Assembly (NCBI GenBank): GCA_030698625.1
Contig: JAUYMS010000003.1
Coordinates: forward strand, 83,471 to 147,470
Origin: Candidatus Omnitrophota bacterium
GTDB taxonomy: Bacteria; Omnitrophota; Omnitrophia; Omnitrophales; Aquincolibacteriaceae
Direction of reading: 5' to 3'
Length of the DNA stretch: 64,000 nucleotides
Shown here: positions 13,001 to 25,000 of the stretch, one piece after another
Layout: each line of letters starts with the position of its first letter
Position numbering within the stretch: position 1 is the stretch's first letter
Made by a program: the position numbers and the translations under genes
Notes under the pieces: generated by a model
Database searches by the model: none
What the model was told of the DNA's origin: nothing
Seen by the model: only the letters and a program-made list of their open reading frames with translations

Positions 13001-16000
13001 CGATATTATCCCGCCCGCACAAAAACGACGGCATCGGTCTGAGCTCAGAAAGGGGAAGCCGATTGAGGATTATCTGAAGGAGCTCGAAAACGAGAAGGCC
13101 GTATTCGGACCGGACAACGCAGGGGAATTTTCAGAGAGCCACCGTTATGTGGACGGTATTCTTAAAAAACTGATCCTTACAGCGGGTTTTGATCCCGCAG
13201 AGTACTCTCTATACCTGGTCGATGACCCGGAACCCAAAGCCTGGATTCAGGGGCGCTATCCCGCCGTATTTATCTCGCTCGGCCTGCTGCGCTTTTTCGG
13301 GCGCCATCGGCTTTCACAAGACGCCCTGGCCCACCTCCTGGCGCATGAAGTGCTGCATCTCCGCCAGCATAAAGAGGACGAGCACTATAGCGGGCCGTCA
13401 AGCTGGTCTGAATACTACGCGGAGTACTATGCGAATGAGTACGACGCCGATGTCCGGGCACTCAGGCTTATGGCTGAGGCAGGATTTTCCATTCAGGACG
13501 CCGAATCGACTTTCGAAAAATTACGCGAGGGAATGGGCAAGAATGATTACTCGCCTCTCGGCTCCTACCCGCAGATGCGCACGCGCAGCGACCGCATCAA
13601 ACAGATCCGTGATTACGGGCGCTGGCCCGACAGCGCGCGCGCCGCGCCGCAGGCCATGCCTCAGGAGGTTCTTCGCGAGGCCATGCGTTTCTCGCTCAGG
13701 CGGCAGAAATGGCATCGCGCCAACCGCATTAATCAGGTGAAGGAGCTTTCCGAATTGATCGAGACGGCTGATGCGCTCAATGACCTTACGTTTATCCTAT
13801 GGTCGGGTCTCGGACGGCTCAAGAAGCGCCGGGTCCTGAAGTCGGCAAAGGTGCCGCATGCCGTCGAGTCCGCGCTCGTGACCCGGCTTGCTGCATTACC
13901 GATCTGGCCCGAATATCTCTCGGCCGACACGCGTGACCTCGCCGCGAAACTACTCGGTAAATTCCTGGCGGCGACTGTCTACGGAAAGTTTATGGAAAGA
14001 ACGGTGCTGATCGACCATGAATTGTTGAATGAAAAGGCATTGCTTGACGAGCTTTCGGAGATTTTTCACTCGGCAAAGAACGCGAAAGATGTGCTCGACC
14101 TGATCTCGGCGGCGATCTTTGTGACGATGCCGCAGCGCATCGCGCTCGGGCGTGAGACGGCCGGCGACGCTCAAAAATCCTATGCCGCATACCAAAACCG
14201 GTGGCATGCCGAACCGCGGCGGGGCGGTGACACGGTGGGATGGGTCTATACGTGGGAGCAGTTTCTGGGACGGGCGCTGCTCGAAGAAGTACCGTACGTG
14301 CCGATAGCCGGCCGGCAGGTCCGGTGGGGCCCTTTTATCCGCGTCGTCGGCTGGATTCAAGGGGCCGTCCGGTTCGTTCTCGGCCGGTTCGTAAGTATCG
14401 ATTGGATTCAGGTGCGTGACCCGCTTGCCGGGTGGACGGCGGCAGACCTCGGGCGCGTGTACGAAGCGGGCGCGGGGCGTACCTGGGGCGGGTATCATAT
14501 CGGTCCGATGCGTCATTCCAATGTGGTCGGCATCGACCACTGGTTGTTTCAGGCGGCGATCAATCATCCCGAACTCGTAAAGGCCATGGACACCGATACC
14601 TTCCGCCGTTTTGTCAAAGACGCCACGAAAATCGCGGTGGCCAAGGGGCCCGGCCACAGTGATGATCCCGAGACACAGGAAGCCAAGATGCGCAACATGA
14701 TTTATGAAGCGGCGTCTTTGGATGCCGCCAAGCGTGAGGTGATCCAAAATCTTCTGGGTAATGATTATGATGTCTTCGGCTTCTTCAGAACGGGGATCGA
14801 ATCGTTTCCCGATACCTGGATCTTCGGTGAAAACGCACCGGGTACCGGATATGCATACGCAGAAAAGAGAATGGATGATCTCATCCGGCAGCTGCACGCG
14901 CGGCGCGGGTCGATCAGCGGTATGGTGCTCCACCACTCGGAAGTGCTTCATGCAAGCGATCGTCTTGCGGAGAGCGCGAAACTGACGCAGACCGAACACC
15001 TGCGCCTCATGGCCCACCTTGCGAAGACCGAATGGTATTCGGCTGACATGATGTGGCACAGCCTGCTCGGCTGGGAATCGGGTCGCGTTCAGTGGATACC
15101 CTCTTTTCTCGGACAGGCCGACGACGAGCTGAACGCCTTCATCGACCTCGATTTGAGGGCGCGGCTCGGTGACGGCGTCTGGGAAAGCCTGCCGGTGACG
15201 GGACGGTTCATTTTTTATGCTTACCTGAACGATATCTACCAGTTGCCCGCCGACTGGGAAGCTTGGGACCGGGAAGTACAGTCGTGGAGCACGGAACAGA
15301 TCCGGTTGCTGCACAGGGTGGTTGCACAGAGTACGAACCGGCCCGTCTTCGACACGGATGCGAGGCTTGACCGCGAGGCGATCGACCGCCGGCCGCCGCT
15401 TCCTTACCGCCGTTCGCGCGAAGAGCTCTTGTTGCGCTTGAGTGTGCTGGGCCTTTTGAAGGAACAGGGCGTTTCTCTAAAGAAGTATTTGCCGCCGGTG
15501 GAACTCGGAAGGTCGGCGCCGAGCGGGGCCTTTGGTTTTGCGGATCAGCTGGCTGATTTGCCGCGCGGAAGGAAGGAGGACAATCCGCGCGTCAGGCGGG
15601 CGATGGATCACCTCTTTCACATGTTCCGGCTTGAAAAGGGCCGCTCGCCGTGGATTAACCGAACCGATATCGAAAAGAACGGTGAGCAGGGGATGACCGC
15701 CATCCTGGGTTATGTGTTCGCGGAAACCGGCGAGACTCCCGCAGACATGGCCGATCGTATCGCCCACTGGCTGCCGGCCACGGCTTATCGTAACTGGGTG
15801 CTCTATCTGATTTTCATGCACCACTACCTTGGCCGAACACTCGGCGTTAAGATAGACCGGAAACGGCTGGGGGATACGAGCTATATGGCGGAGGTGTGGG
15901 CAAGCGTGAGTGATAACCAGCGTGAATCCGCACGTCATTTTATTCGGGAAAAGATCGCACCACTCATGGTGCAGGATGCGCGATTGGAAGGCTTGAATCT

Positions 16001-19000
16001 CGCCAGGGTTTTTGACCATTTTATTCATGAGAAACTCCATGAGGTTGACGAAGCCGCTTACGAAAAGGCATTGCCGGGTTTTCAGGATGTAAGGTATTTC
16101 GTTCCGGGCACCGTGTTGACTCAGCTCGACCTCATGATGGGGGGCGTATTCTCCCCGGGAATTTCAGAGCAAATCGCCGATGCGGCAAGCGATCCTCAAG
16201 ATATTCTCGAACAGATCAGTACGGCCTATCCGCGTGCCTCGGCTGAGCGCGACCGTTTGTTGGTCGAACTTGCCGACCACGCGCGTGCCGATAGCGGCGT
16301 CCTCAAAGACATCATGCCGCTGCTTGACGGCCCGTGGTATAAGCAGGAAATCGGAGTGCGGGCACTTAGAAGCATTCGTGCTTCGCAATCCACAACGTCT
16401 GTTGACGATTCCCTGAAGCTCATCGAAAACTGGCTGCCGAGCGCGACGCCGATACGTGACGGGCTCCTTCACGAGGTCATTCAGGAAGAGGTCGGCACGC
16501 TTCCGGAACTGAATGCGGTGGAAGAAAAGCTCTTCGCACTGCAGCCGAACGAACAGAGGCGCCTGCGCGGAAACCAGGCCGTGGCGCTTATGGGCCTCGA
16601 GTTTTTTCAGGCCATATTCGGGTACGGCACTCCGATGGCCTCCAAGCTGGACCTCTTGGATTGGTTTTTCTTTGAGGGCGGCAAGCCGGACATCCTGCGG
16701 CGCTATGAATTTCATTTCCGTATTTCCTTTGAGGGTTTTATCGAGGAATCCGGCGATCTCGCCAAAAACGAACCTGAGGTTGCGCGCGAGGTCAGAAAAC
16801 GGCTTCTCGCGTTTGTGTTGGACGGCGACCAGGGTATTCTTTCAGACGACGATGCGACTGACGAACTTTTTAATCGGCTGCTGGCCCGCTGGCTTCCGGA
16901 AAACACCGAATTCGACATCGTCATCCGCACGGTTCTCGAGAGTTTGATCGGGCTCTCCGACCGTTTGCGAAAACGTGAAATCCTCATGCACCTGTTGGCA
17001 GGCCCCGACGATCTCAGTGCACTCGGAAACGACCCGGAACTCCGGCAAGCCAAAGTGGCGAAGCTCATTCTCGAAGCCAACGGCTTAGTCGGTATCAAAG
17101 TCGGACAGGTGCTCGCGAACTCGGCACTTGTGACCGATATGCCGGTGCCGATGAGGACGGAATTGGCGAACCTGCAGGACCGCGCCGACCCGATGGACCG
17201 CGCCGTGAGCTTGCGGATTCTCGACCAGATCCACAACGGCAAACTGCACGACCATTATCCGCGAATCGGCCGCGTGCTCGGGAGTGCATCCACCAGCGTC
17301 GTTTATGACGCATGGCACCGCAGCGGGCGGCACGTGGCGCTTAAGCTGCTGCGGCCGACCGCGCGAAATCGTACTGTCGGTGATCTCGCGATGCTGAAAC
17401 TCATACCGGCCGATGTCATCGAGCGGCTGAATGCGAAGAATATCGCAATTCCGGAGTGGCTTGAAAACTACCTCGGTCTGCTTGTCGGGCGCGTCGAACG
17501 TCTCGTGATGCCCGAACTCTTTTATACGGTGGAGGCACAAAGCATGGACCGGTTCAGGGTGCGTCAGCTGGCGCGGGGTTCGGCGCTCCGTATTCCCGAA
17601 GTCGTGGAAAATCCGGGTGACGATCTGATTGCGATGGAACTCATCGAAGATGCCGTGCCGGTTTCAGATGAAGCGGGCATCAATACCCGAGGGCGGCAGA
17701 TGGGTGATGTGCGGCGCGACATTGCGCAGGAGATGATCGTCGAAGTTCACGAAGGGGAATATCACGGTGATCCGCATCCCCGAAATTTCCTGGTCGACAA
17801 GGACGGCCGACTCTGGATGATTGATCTCGGTGCTGTCTACGAGGTGAGTCCGAAGAGTGCCGCATTTCTCATCAGCCTCGTCGCCGCCTTGCACATGGGC
17901 GCAGATATACGGCCCATTCTCGCGGACCTGCTTACGGCGAATGCGGATCCGGCCGCTCTTGAGTCGGCGATTTCAGAAGCGGCGCGAGTCGAAACAATTC
18001 CGGAAAAGATTGCCCAGATTTTCCTCACGCTTGACCAGCAGGCGCTATTGCCCGAAGACCTGGCGCTGACACAGCGGCTTTTCCTGCAGGGCGGTCACAT
18101 CTTCGAAGGCCTGAGTCTCTGGGACCTCATGCAGATCGGCGAACAGCTCAAAGACGGGCCTCAACGCTCCGAGCTCGGATCCGAAACCCCCGTCGTGCGG
18201 GAAGGTCTGCGGCCGGATTTGACACCGTTCATCGGTATCGGCGTACACCGTAAGGACCATCTGTCTTATGGGAACTCGGCCGCAATTGAAGGCGCGGAAA
18301 AGTTGACGGACTTTCTTCGGGACCGCGATTTGCTGCATGAGATACAGCTGACCGTCGAGACTGAGGCCCAGTCTCAGATCGGCCGCGAGATTGCGTCCAA
18401 ACTAGACCGGGTTCCCGACGCAACAATGCGTTTGATTGTGGACGGAGCGTTCATGCAAAAGTGCTGCTCCGAGGCCGTGCTGGGTATCTTTGACCACTTG
18501 GAGGCTAAACCCGGGCGTTTCGCGGAGCTCCATCTGCCCCTGGATCTTATCCTTTACTGGGACGACCGCCAGATGCGGGACTCTCCGCCCGAAGAAAAGG
18601 AGGAATATATTGCGATGCAGGTTCTCCCGAACCTTGAGCGCCGTGGTTTTGGATATAAGGCTTACGGTGTCAATCACCAGATCCTGGCCGAGCGCGACCC
18701 GCCCAAGGGAGGCGAAACCCGGCTGGTCGTCAAACTCTGGCATTCCGCCAAGGAAATGGAGAACTGGGCCGACAGCCTCGCGGCAAAACCCCTGAGGTCG
18801 GAGCTGAGGGCGCTCGAGCCGGTGATGCCGGTGAAGAAGGTGCTTGTCATGACGGGCGAATATTCTTATATGCCGTTTGACAAAGAGCGTGAATGGGAAC
18901 GGTACGTGGTCGATTACCTGCGCAAGGCCGGTGTCGAAGCAGAGTTTGTGTACGCCAACGGGGCGGGTGGAACCTTGCGGCGATTCGAAGAGGAGTTCGA

Positions 19001-22000
19001 TGAAATCGGTCTCGTGATCGCAACCGATGACGTCCTGCGCGGCGTCCGCGAACGGGAACGTCTGATCGGGCGGAATCCGGTGCCTTATATCTTAATGAAG
19101 ACGACCTATCTGCGAATGGACGAACCGGAGCTCGAAGAGCTCGGCAATGCGGTTTATGTGCATAGTGGGCTTGGGACATTGGACGAACTCAAGGAAATCA
19201 TTCCCGAGATTGTCGGCAACGCCGAAGGGGCGGTCTATGAGCCGTTTTGGACAGGAGAAGGCATTGAGGCGAAACCGGCGCGGGAAGGGGTCGAACATCC
19301 GGCCGTCGAGTTGCTTGAGGAATTACGGCAAGACCTCACAAATCCCACATTCCTGAAAAAGATTTACCGCGACACGACCGACTACGATGCCGAACCCCTG
19401 ACAGCGCGCTTCACGTTGATTCCCGGATACAGTCTACCGGCTTTTCCGATGACGCCCGCGAGTTTTCGTGACGACGTCCACCGCCGCATTATCAAGGAGG
19501 TTTATTCCATCCTGCCGCATGTCATCGAATTTCCCGTGGAGGCTACGGGCCGCGCGCCCGTGGTCATCGGAGCGGACTCCGATGAAGGCATCGCCCGGTG
19601 GGCGAAGACAATGAGGGTCGGCAGCCGTTTCGATCAGTGGATCAGCGATAAAATGCCTCTGGTCCATATCGAGCAAAGCCTCAACCGGATCATGACCGAA
19701 ATCGACGGAAAAGAACGTGCGAACAAGGCATTGAGGCGTAGTGTTTACAGGAAACTCGGATGGCGTGTCCACGATCTTGAAATCAAGAGCGAAGCGGCAG
19801 GCGATGAGGCGGGGCAGACGATATTTAATGTTATGGGAACGTGGCTCCTTGCGAACCCGGAGGCCGTCACTCGCGCCTGGGTGGCCGAAGACGAAGACGG
19901 CGCAGCGGCCGGTATGCTGGTACTCAAAAGAACGATTGCGAACGAAACCTTCGGTGAGCACCGGGAGATGGTGAATTCAGCGATCGCAATCGCATCGGAT
20001 GCGGCAACTCGCGGCAAGGGAATTGCGCCGCGTATGATTCGCGAGAGTTTCGAAGCCATGCGACAGAGGGGCATACGCTATTACTTCGCGGATATTGATT
20101 ACCGCAATAAACCGTCTTTCCGCACTTTTATAAAAACAGCGGCCGCGGCCGGGGCTACGGTGACTCACTTCCCCGAAATGACGACTAGCCGGGAAGAGGA
20201 ACGGCCGTTTCTGATCGACCTTTTTTCCGACCAACCCGCGCCGCGCGATCTTCCGGAAGCGCTGCCCTCCGATCCCGATGAGGCCTGGGCTTATGTTCTG
20301 GCGCAGGGATTGATGCAGGAGCCGAGCGATGAGTACTCGTGGACGCCACCGGCCGCTGACGGGGACCGGGCGGTCCGCGAGTATCGAGTCAAAGATGTGA
20401 CCGAAGAGATTGAGGCTGACGAAGATGCGGGGACCTGGATTGATTTTCAGGAACTTTATGACGACAAAGTGCATGCAAAACTTAGGGATATCACGGAATA
20501 CCCGGACCCGGCCGGCCATGAAGCAATGATGAGAGGATTTGAAGTCCAACCCGACGGCAGTTTTGATACCGTCAAACTTGAGGATGGGGCCTACTCTGCG
20601 ATTGTCCGCATTGCGGACCGCGCCGCCGTTCAGGATACCCAACAAGCCTTCCGCAAGTTTGTTGATGCGATTGCTAAGGTGTTTCCGGCGGATGTGCGTG
20701 ATCAAGTGCGCGTGTGGGAAACCGGCGAGGACAACCCCCATATCGGAACGGCGGTCTTTCAGGTGCCCGAAGTACTCTTGGGCGGAAAACAGCCCCGCTT
20801 GCAACCGCGGCATATCGAACCTCTGCAGGAACTTGTCCGTGAAATGACTCAGGACGAAGAAACAATTCCGCTCACTTTCTTGGGCTACGGCATCGGAGCC
20901 GACGGCGGCTTTGTGCGGCTCTACAGCGACCCGGCCGGCCGGTTCATGAAACTGCGCAACGCCCTTCTCCTCAAAGGCCACAAGGTGAGCCAGATGTACG
21001 CTTCGGGGCGGGGAACGAACATTATTGCTATGACCGGAGGCCGCATTTTGCATCTGCCCTATTCCGCCGATGCCGCGATTGCGGCCCGGCAGAAGGACCG
21101 CGTTCTGGAAATTGTGCGCGACAGGGCGCAGGCCTTTCAATCGCAGTGGGAACAGAACCTCGCAGAGCCTCAAATTCTTGATGTCGACGGCCTTACCTGG
21201 GTCTTGGAAGACAAGTGGCTGACCGAACGCAACGAACAAGGCGTCGAAGACGTCTTCTTTCCTTTTGGCGGCCGTTCGGAGCTGCGGAGTTTGAGCGAGG
21301 ATCTGTTAGCTGAGTTGGCTGCGGAGTACGCGGTATCACGGTTGACGAGCGGCAGGAATTCGGCCGAAGAGCAGGAGCTGATGCTGAAAACCATGCGGTC
21401 CGATGTCCACAAGGCAATCCTCTGGCGGTACAAGGGCCTTGAGTTTGAACTTCGCGAGCGTATCGAAGAGGTTGTCTTCGAAGCCGTTCAGGCTGCGGTG
21501 AGAACCTATGACGGAGTACGGCTGAGCTATCTCGATTATTTTTACGCGACGGCACAGGAAGCTATTTTGCATTTTTTCGCAAAATCCGTGCCGGCGGCAA
21601 AGCGGCCCTATCTGCTTTCGGAGCCGCTTGAGGCATATCTGAGGTTTCTGAGTCTCGAGAACCGCCGGCCGGAGCTCGACGAGTTTCTCGGTCTGACCGT
21701 AAATGATATGAAGAACGAAGATTACCTCGTCCTGCAGAGAGAAACGGATGCCGCTAACTACGAAGATTCGATTTCGGTGCCGGTTCGTGCGGCGGCGCCG
21801 GAGAATCAACTGCCGAAGCCCGTTCAGATCGCGAACGCGGGAATGGTGCGGCTTGCGAAAGCATTCGGAATTCAGGCGGCCGACATCACGGCAGCCATGA
21901 TCCACAGCGTGCCTAACACCGAATGGGCCGTGCTCTCCTTATTTTTCGGCATCGATGGCGAACTCATACAGGATCCCGAACAGATCGCCCGAAGGCTCAC

Positions 22001-25000
22001 CGAACTGGGTTACCGCGATGCGAATAATGAAGCGTTACGGGGCGAGAAAGTTTCCGACTACGTTGTCCGGGGTTTGAACCGCTTGCAAAATCGCGAAACC
22101 GGGCGCACGCGCCTTGCCGATGCGTTGGGCAAAAAGCCGACCGAAATTACGCCCGATCTCCTGCAGGCCTTGACCTCGCGTGAAGAGGCGCTCATCCGGT
22201 ATAAGTTTGGTATCGGTAAATCGCGTCTCATGACTCATCTTGAGATCGCCGAGAAGTTGACGAAGGAGGGCTTCAGCTTCAACGACGGTGTTCACGTGAC
22301 AAAAACACTCTACCGCATTTTACAAAAGCTGAAGACAGCTCAGACAGGGTGGCAACTGCTCGCCGCCGATCTCGGGAAGCCGGAAGAAGAAGCGAGACGT
22401 GATTTCGAGAAAAATGCGGCAAAAATGACCCAATTGGAAACATTGGCCGTCACCCATTATTACGGTCTCGGGGTCAACCGGATCAAAGACAAAACACGCC
22501 TGGCCAAGCATCTGAGTGATCTGACTCATGAGACCATCCGAAGGAATCGCCTTTACCGTCTGCTTGCGCGAGGCCTTGCCGTGCTGCGCGGCGAAAAGAA
22601 ACGCGTCCGCGTCAAATCCGCCTACCAACCGCCGATCATTTCGGAGATCCCGGAAGAAGTGGGCGTGACTGGCGACGAACTCCTTCAAGTCATGCGCGCC
22701 GCCGCAGGCGATCAATCTCTGGCGGAGGCATTGGTGCCCGTCCGGGATGCATGGTATGCGTTGCATCCGCTCGGGCGGGAAATCCTGATCATCAACTTCG
22801 GCCTCGGAGTTACGGCCGCAAAATCGCTTCCTGAGATCTCCAAACGCCTGAAAGAAAGTCCTTACTGGGTTGAGAAAAGTGATCCGGCAAAGACAACACT
22901 CACACGCCATCGCCGGTTAGCGCTTGCAGATCTAAAACAACGCGTGAGCGGCCTTAACCGCCTTGCCGAAGACACGGGTGTTTCCGAAGAGTATCTTCCG
23001 GGAATCATTTCGCAGGGACTCGCGCTTGAGCAGAAACGTGTTCTCAAGATGACTTTCGGACTCGATACCGAACGAATCGTGCCGGATAAATTAATCGTTG
23101 ATATCTTTCGTGATGCATGGAGCGAGGAAATCAATGCCATGCGGGTGCGGACAGTGCGCAGGGACGCACTGCAGAGGATCCGCGAATTTGCCGTCAACGC
23201 GGGTTATGCCGACGAGTCGGTTCTGACGAAACGGAAAAAAGACATGTCGAAACGGACGCCGCGGCCGCCCAAATGGACGCGCGAACGAGTCGACCAACTC
23301 ATCGCCGAGTCTGCGGACGAAAAGTTGCGCGCTACGATCCTGCATCGCCAAGGCCTGGGCGGGCTTGTCAATGCGGCGTCGGGTTTCTACGGGTCGTGGC
23401 AAAAGGCTCTGGAGGCGCATCACCGCGATATTACGAAAATCAACATACGAAAAACACCGCAGCGTTCGGAACTGCGGGCAGACAGTCCGGAGTTATCGGA
23501 TTCCCGAGATGCGGAATACAAAAAGAGACTGACGGACATTCTCGAACAGCGCGCTTTGATCATGGAGTTAAGAGAGCTTGAGCCCGCGAGCGATGAAATG
23601 GTAGCGGTCATCCTGGAGCGGTTGGGAGAATACGCGGCTTCCGCGAAAGCGAGCCTGGTTGATGTCGAGGATTTTAAGTTCGTCCTGCGCCTTGTGACGA
23701 ATCCCGCTTGGAGGACGGGTAAATTTAGTGAAAAGATGAAGGCGCTTACTCACCTTTGGGGATATGTGGTGTTCACAGCTGTACGGGAACATCGCATGAA
23801 TCCGCAACTCCGAAGCTCGGTAGACCACCTGATCACAGACATGCTTGGTGCGGAGTTTGAGAATAGGGCCCCTCTCCGCAGGATTCTAATTAACACCGAG
23901 GTTGGAAGCCCGTATCACGAAAAACCCCTGCACGGTGAGGAGCAAATGCTGGGCTCCGACTTTGTGTATTTGATCAAGAGTTTGGCTAAGAATCTGAATT
24001 TATCCGGCCGTCTGGCTGAGAGGAACGACCGCCTTGTCGGGCCCATCCTGCGGGCTTTCGAGGGCCGGTATGATTTTACGCTGACCGAGGCGGAGCGGGG
24101 CAAAATTCTGCAGTTGATGGAAGGCAATGACCTCCTGGCCATTTTTGTCTCGGCGATGGACAACGGGCTCACCCGGCCGCCTTCCAGAGAAATGACGCTT
24201 GAAGACATCCGCAAGATCCGCGGGAAATTCCGCGAGGTTGTGGCGGATTCGATAGGGTCGTATCCGGTCTCCGCGAGGGACCGGATCCTCGTTCGCATCC
24301 TGCAGAAGCAGCCCGAGCTTGGCCGTGAGTTGATGGCTGAGGCTCAGGCGGCTGTGAGTTACAGCCGTAAGCCCATCGACTTTGAGGCAGCCGGGGCAAG
24401 TACTGTGAAGAGGCGAAAAGGTGTGAATGTTGCCGATACCGAAGGTTTTGGTGACTTTGCAGTAAAGCACCCCGACCTTCATGCGGTTTTGACGTCCCGT
24501 GAGAGTCTGCTCACGCTCATGCAGACGGCTGCGCTTGTCCGCGACTTCTTTCCGTATACACTCACGGCCCCCGACAAACTGCAGACCCCGGTTCAGTTTG
24601 CCATTGAATACGGAATGTATCTGCCGTTGGGGCATGGCTATTATCTGACACCGATTTCCGGCTCGTTCAAACGTCACCTGCTCTTTACGATGGATGACAA
24701 GAACCGGCCGGTCATGACGGTGCCGATCAAGATTCCCGGAAAGATCCCGGGCCGCCGGCCCGCTCTAAACGGTGATCTCGACCGCTACCGCGATGCCCGT
24801 GAAGTCTTTGGCGACGATATGGAGATTGCCGGAGCGATGGGAACCGTGGAGCCGGCGGGACTCGAGTCCGTTATGCTCTATGGCGAAGAGCGCGAAGTCA
24901 CAGAGAAGGATCATCTGCGTGTTCTGGTCTTGGAAGGGCCCGAAGCCGGGTGGCGCGTCGAATATCTGCGCCATAAAGACCTGCAGCGGATCTCAGACCA

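Noticed and set aside
13950-15314. 454-aa minus-strand ORF (and similar antisense ORFs, e.g. 19977..21239, 1482..2162, 36834..37751) nested inside the giant gene
   Set aside because: They are entirely antisense to a strongly coding frame that carries recognisable motifs. Their translations are Arg/Pro/Gly-rich and low-complexity, with no recognisable domains. Long spurious antisense ORFs are typical of GC-rich DNA.
16026-16043. Second HExxH (HEKLHE) inside the giant protein
   Set aside because: Isolated motif without the hydrophobic helix context or a downstream third ligand. Occurrence of HExxH by chance in 12,250 aa is plausible, so not called as a protease site.
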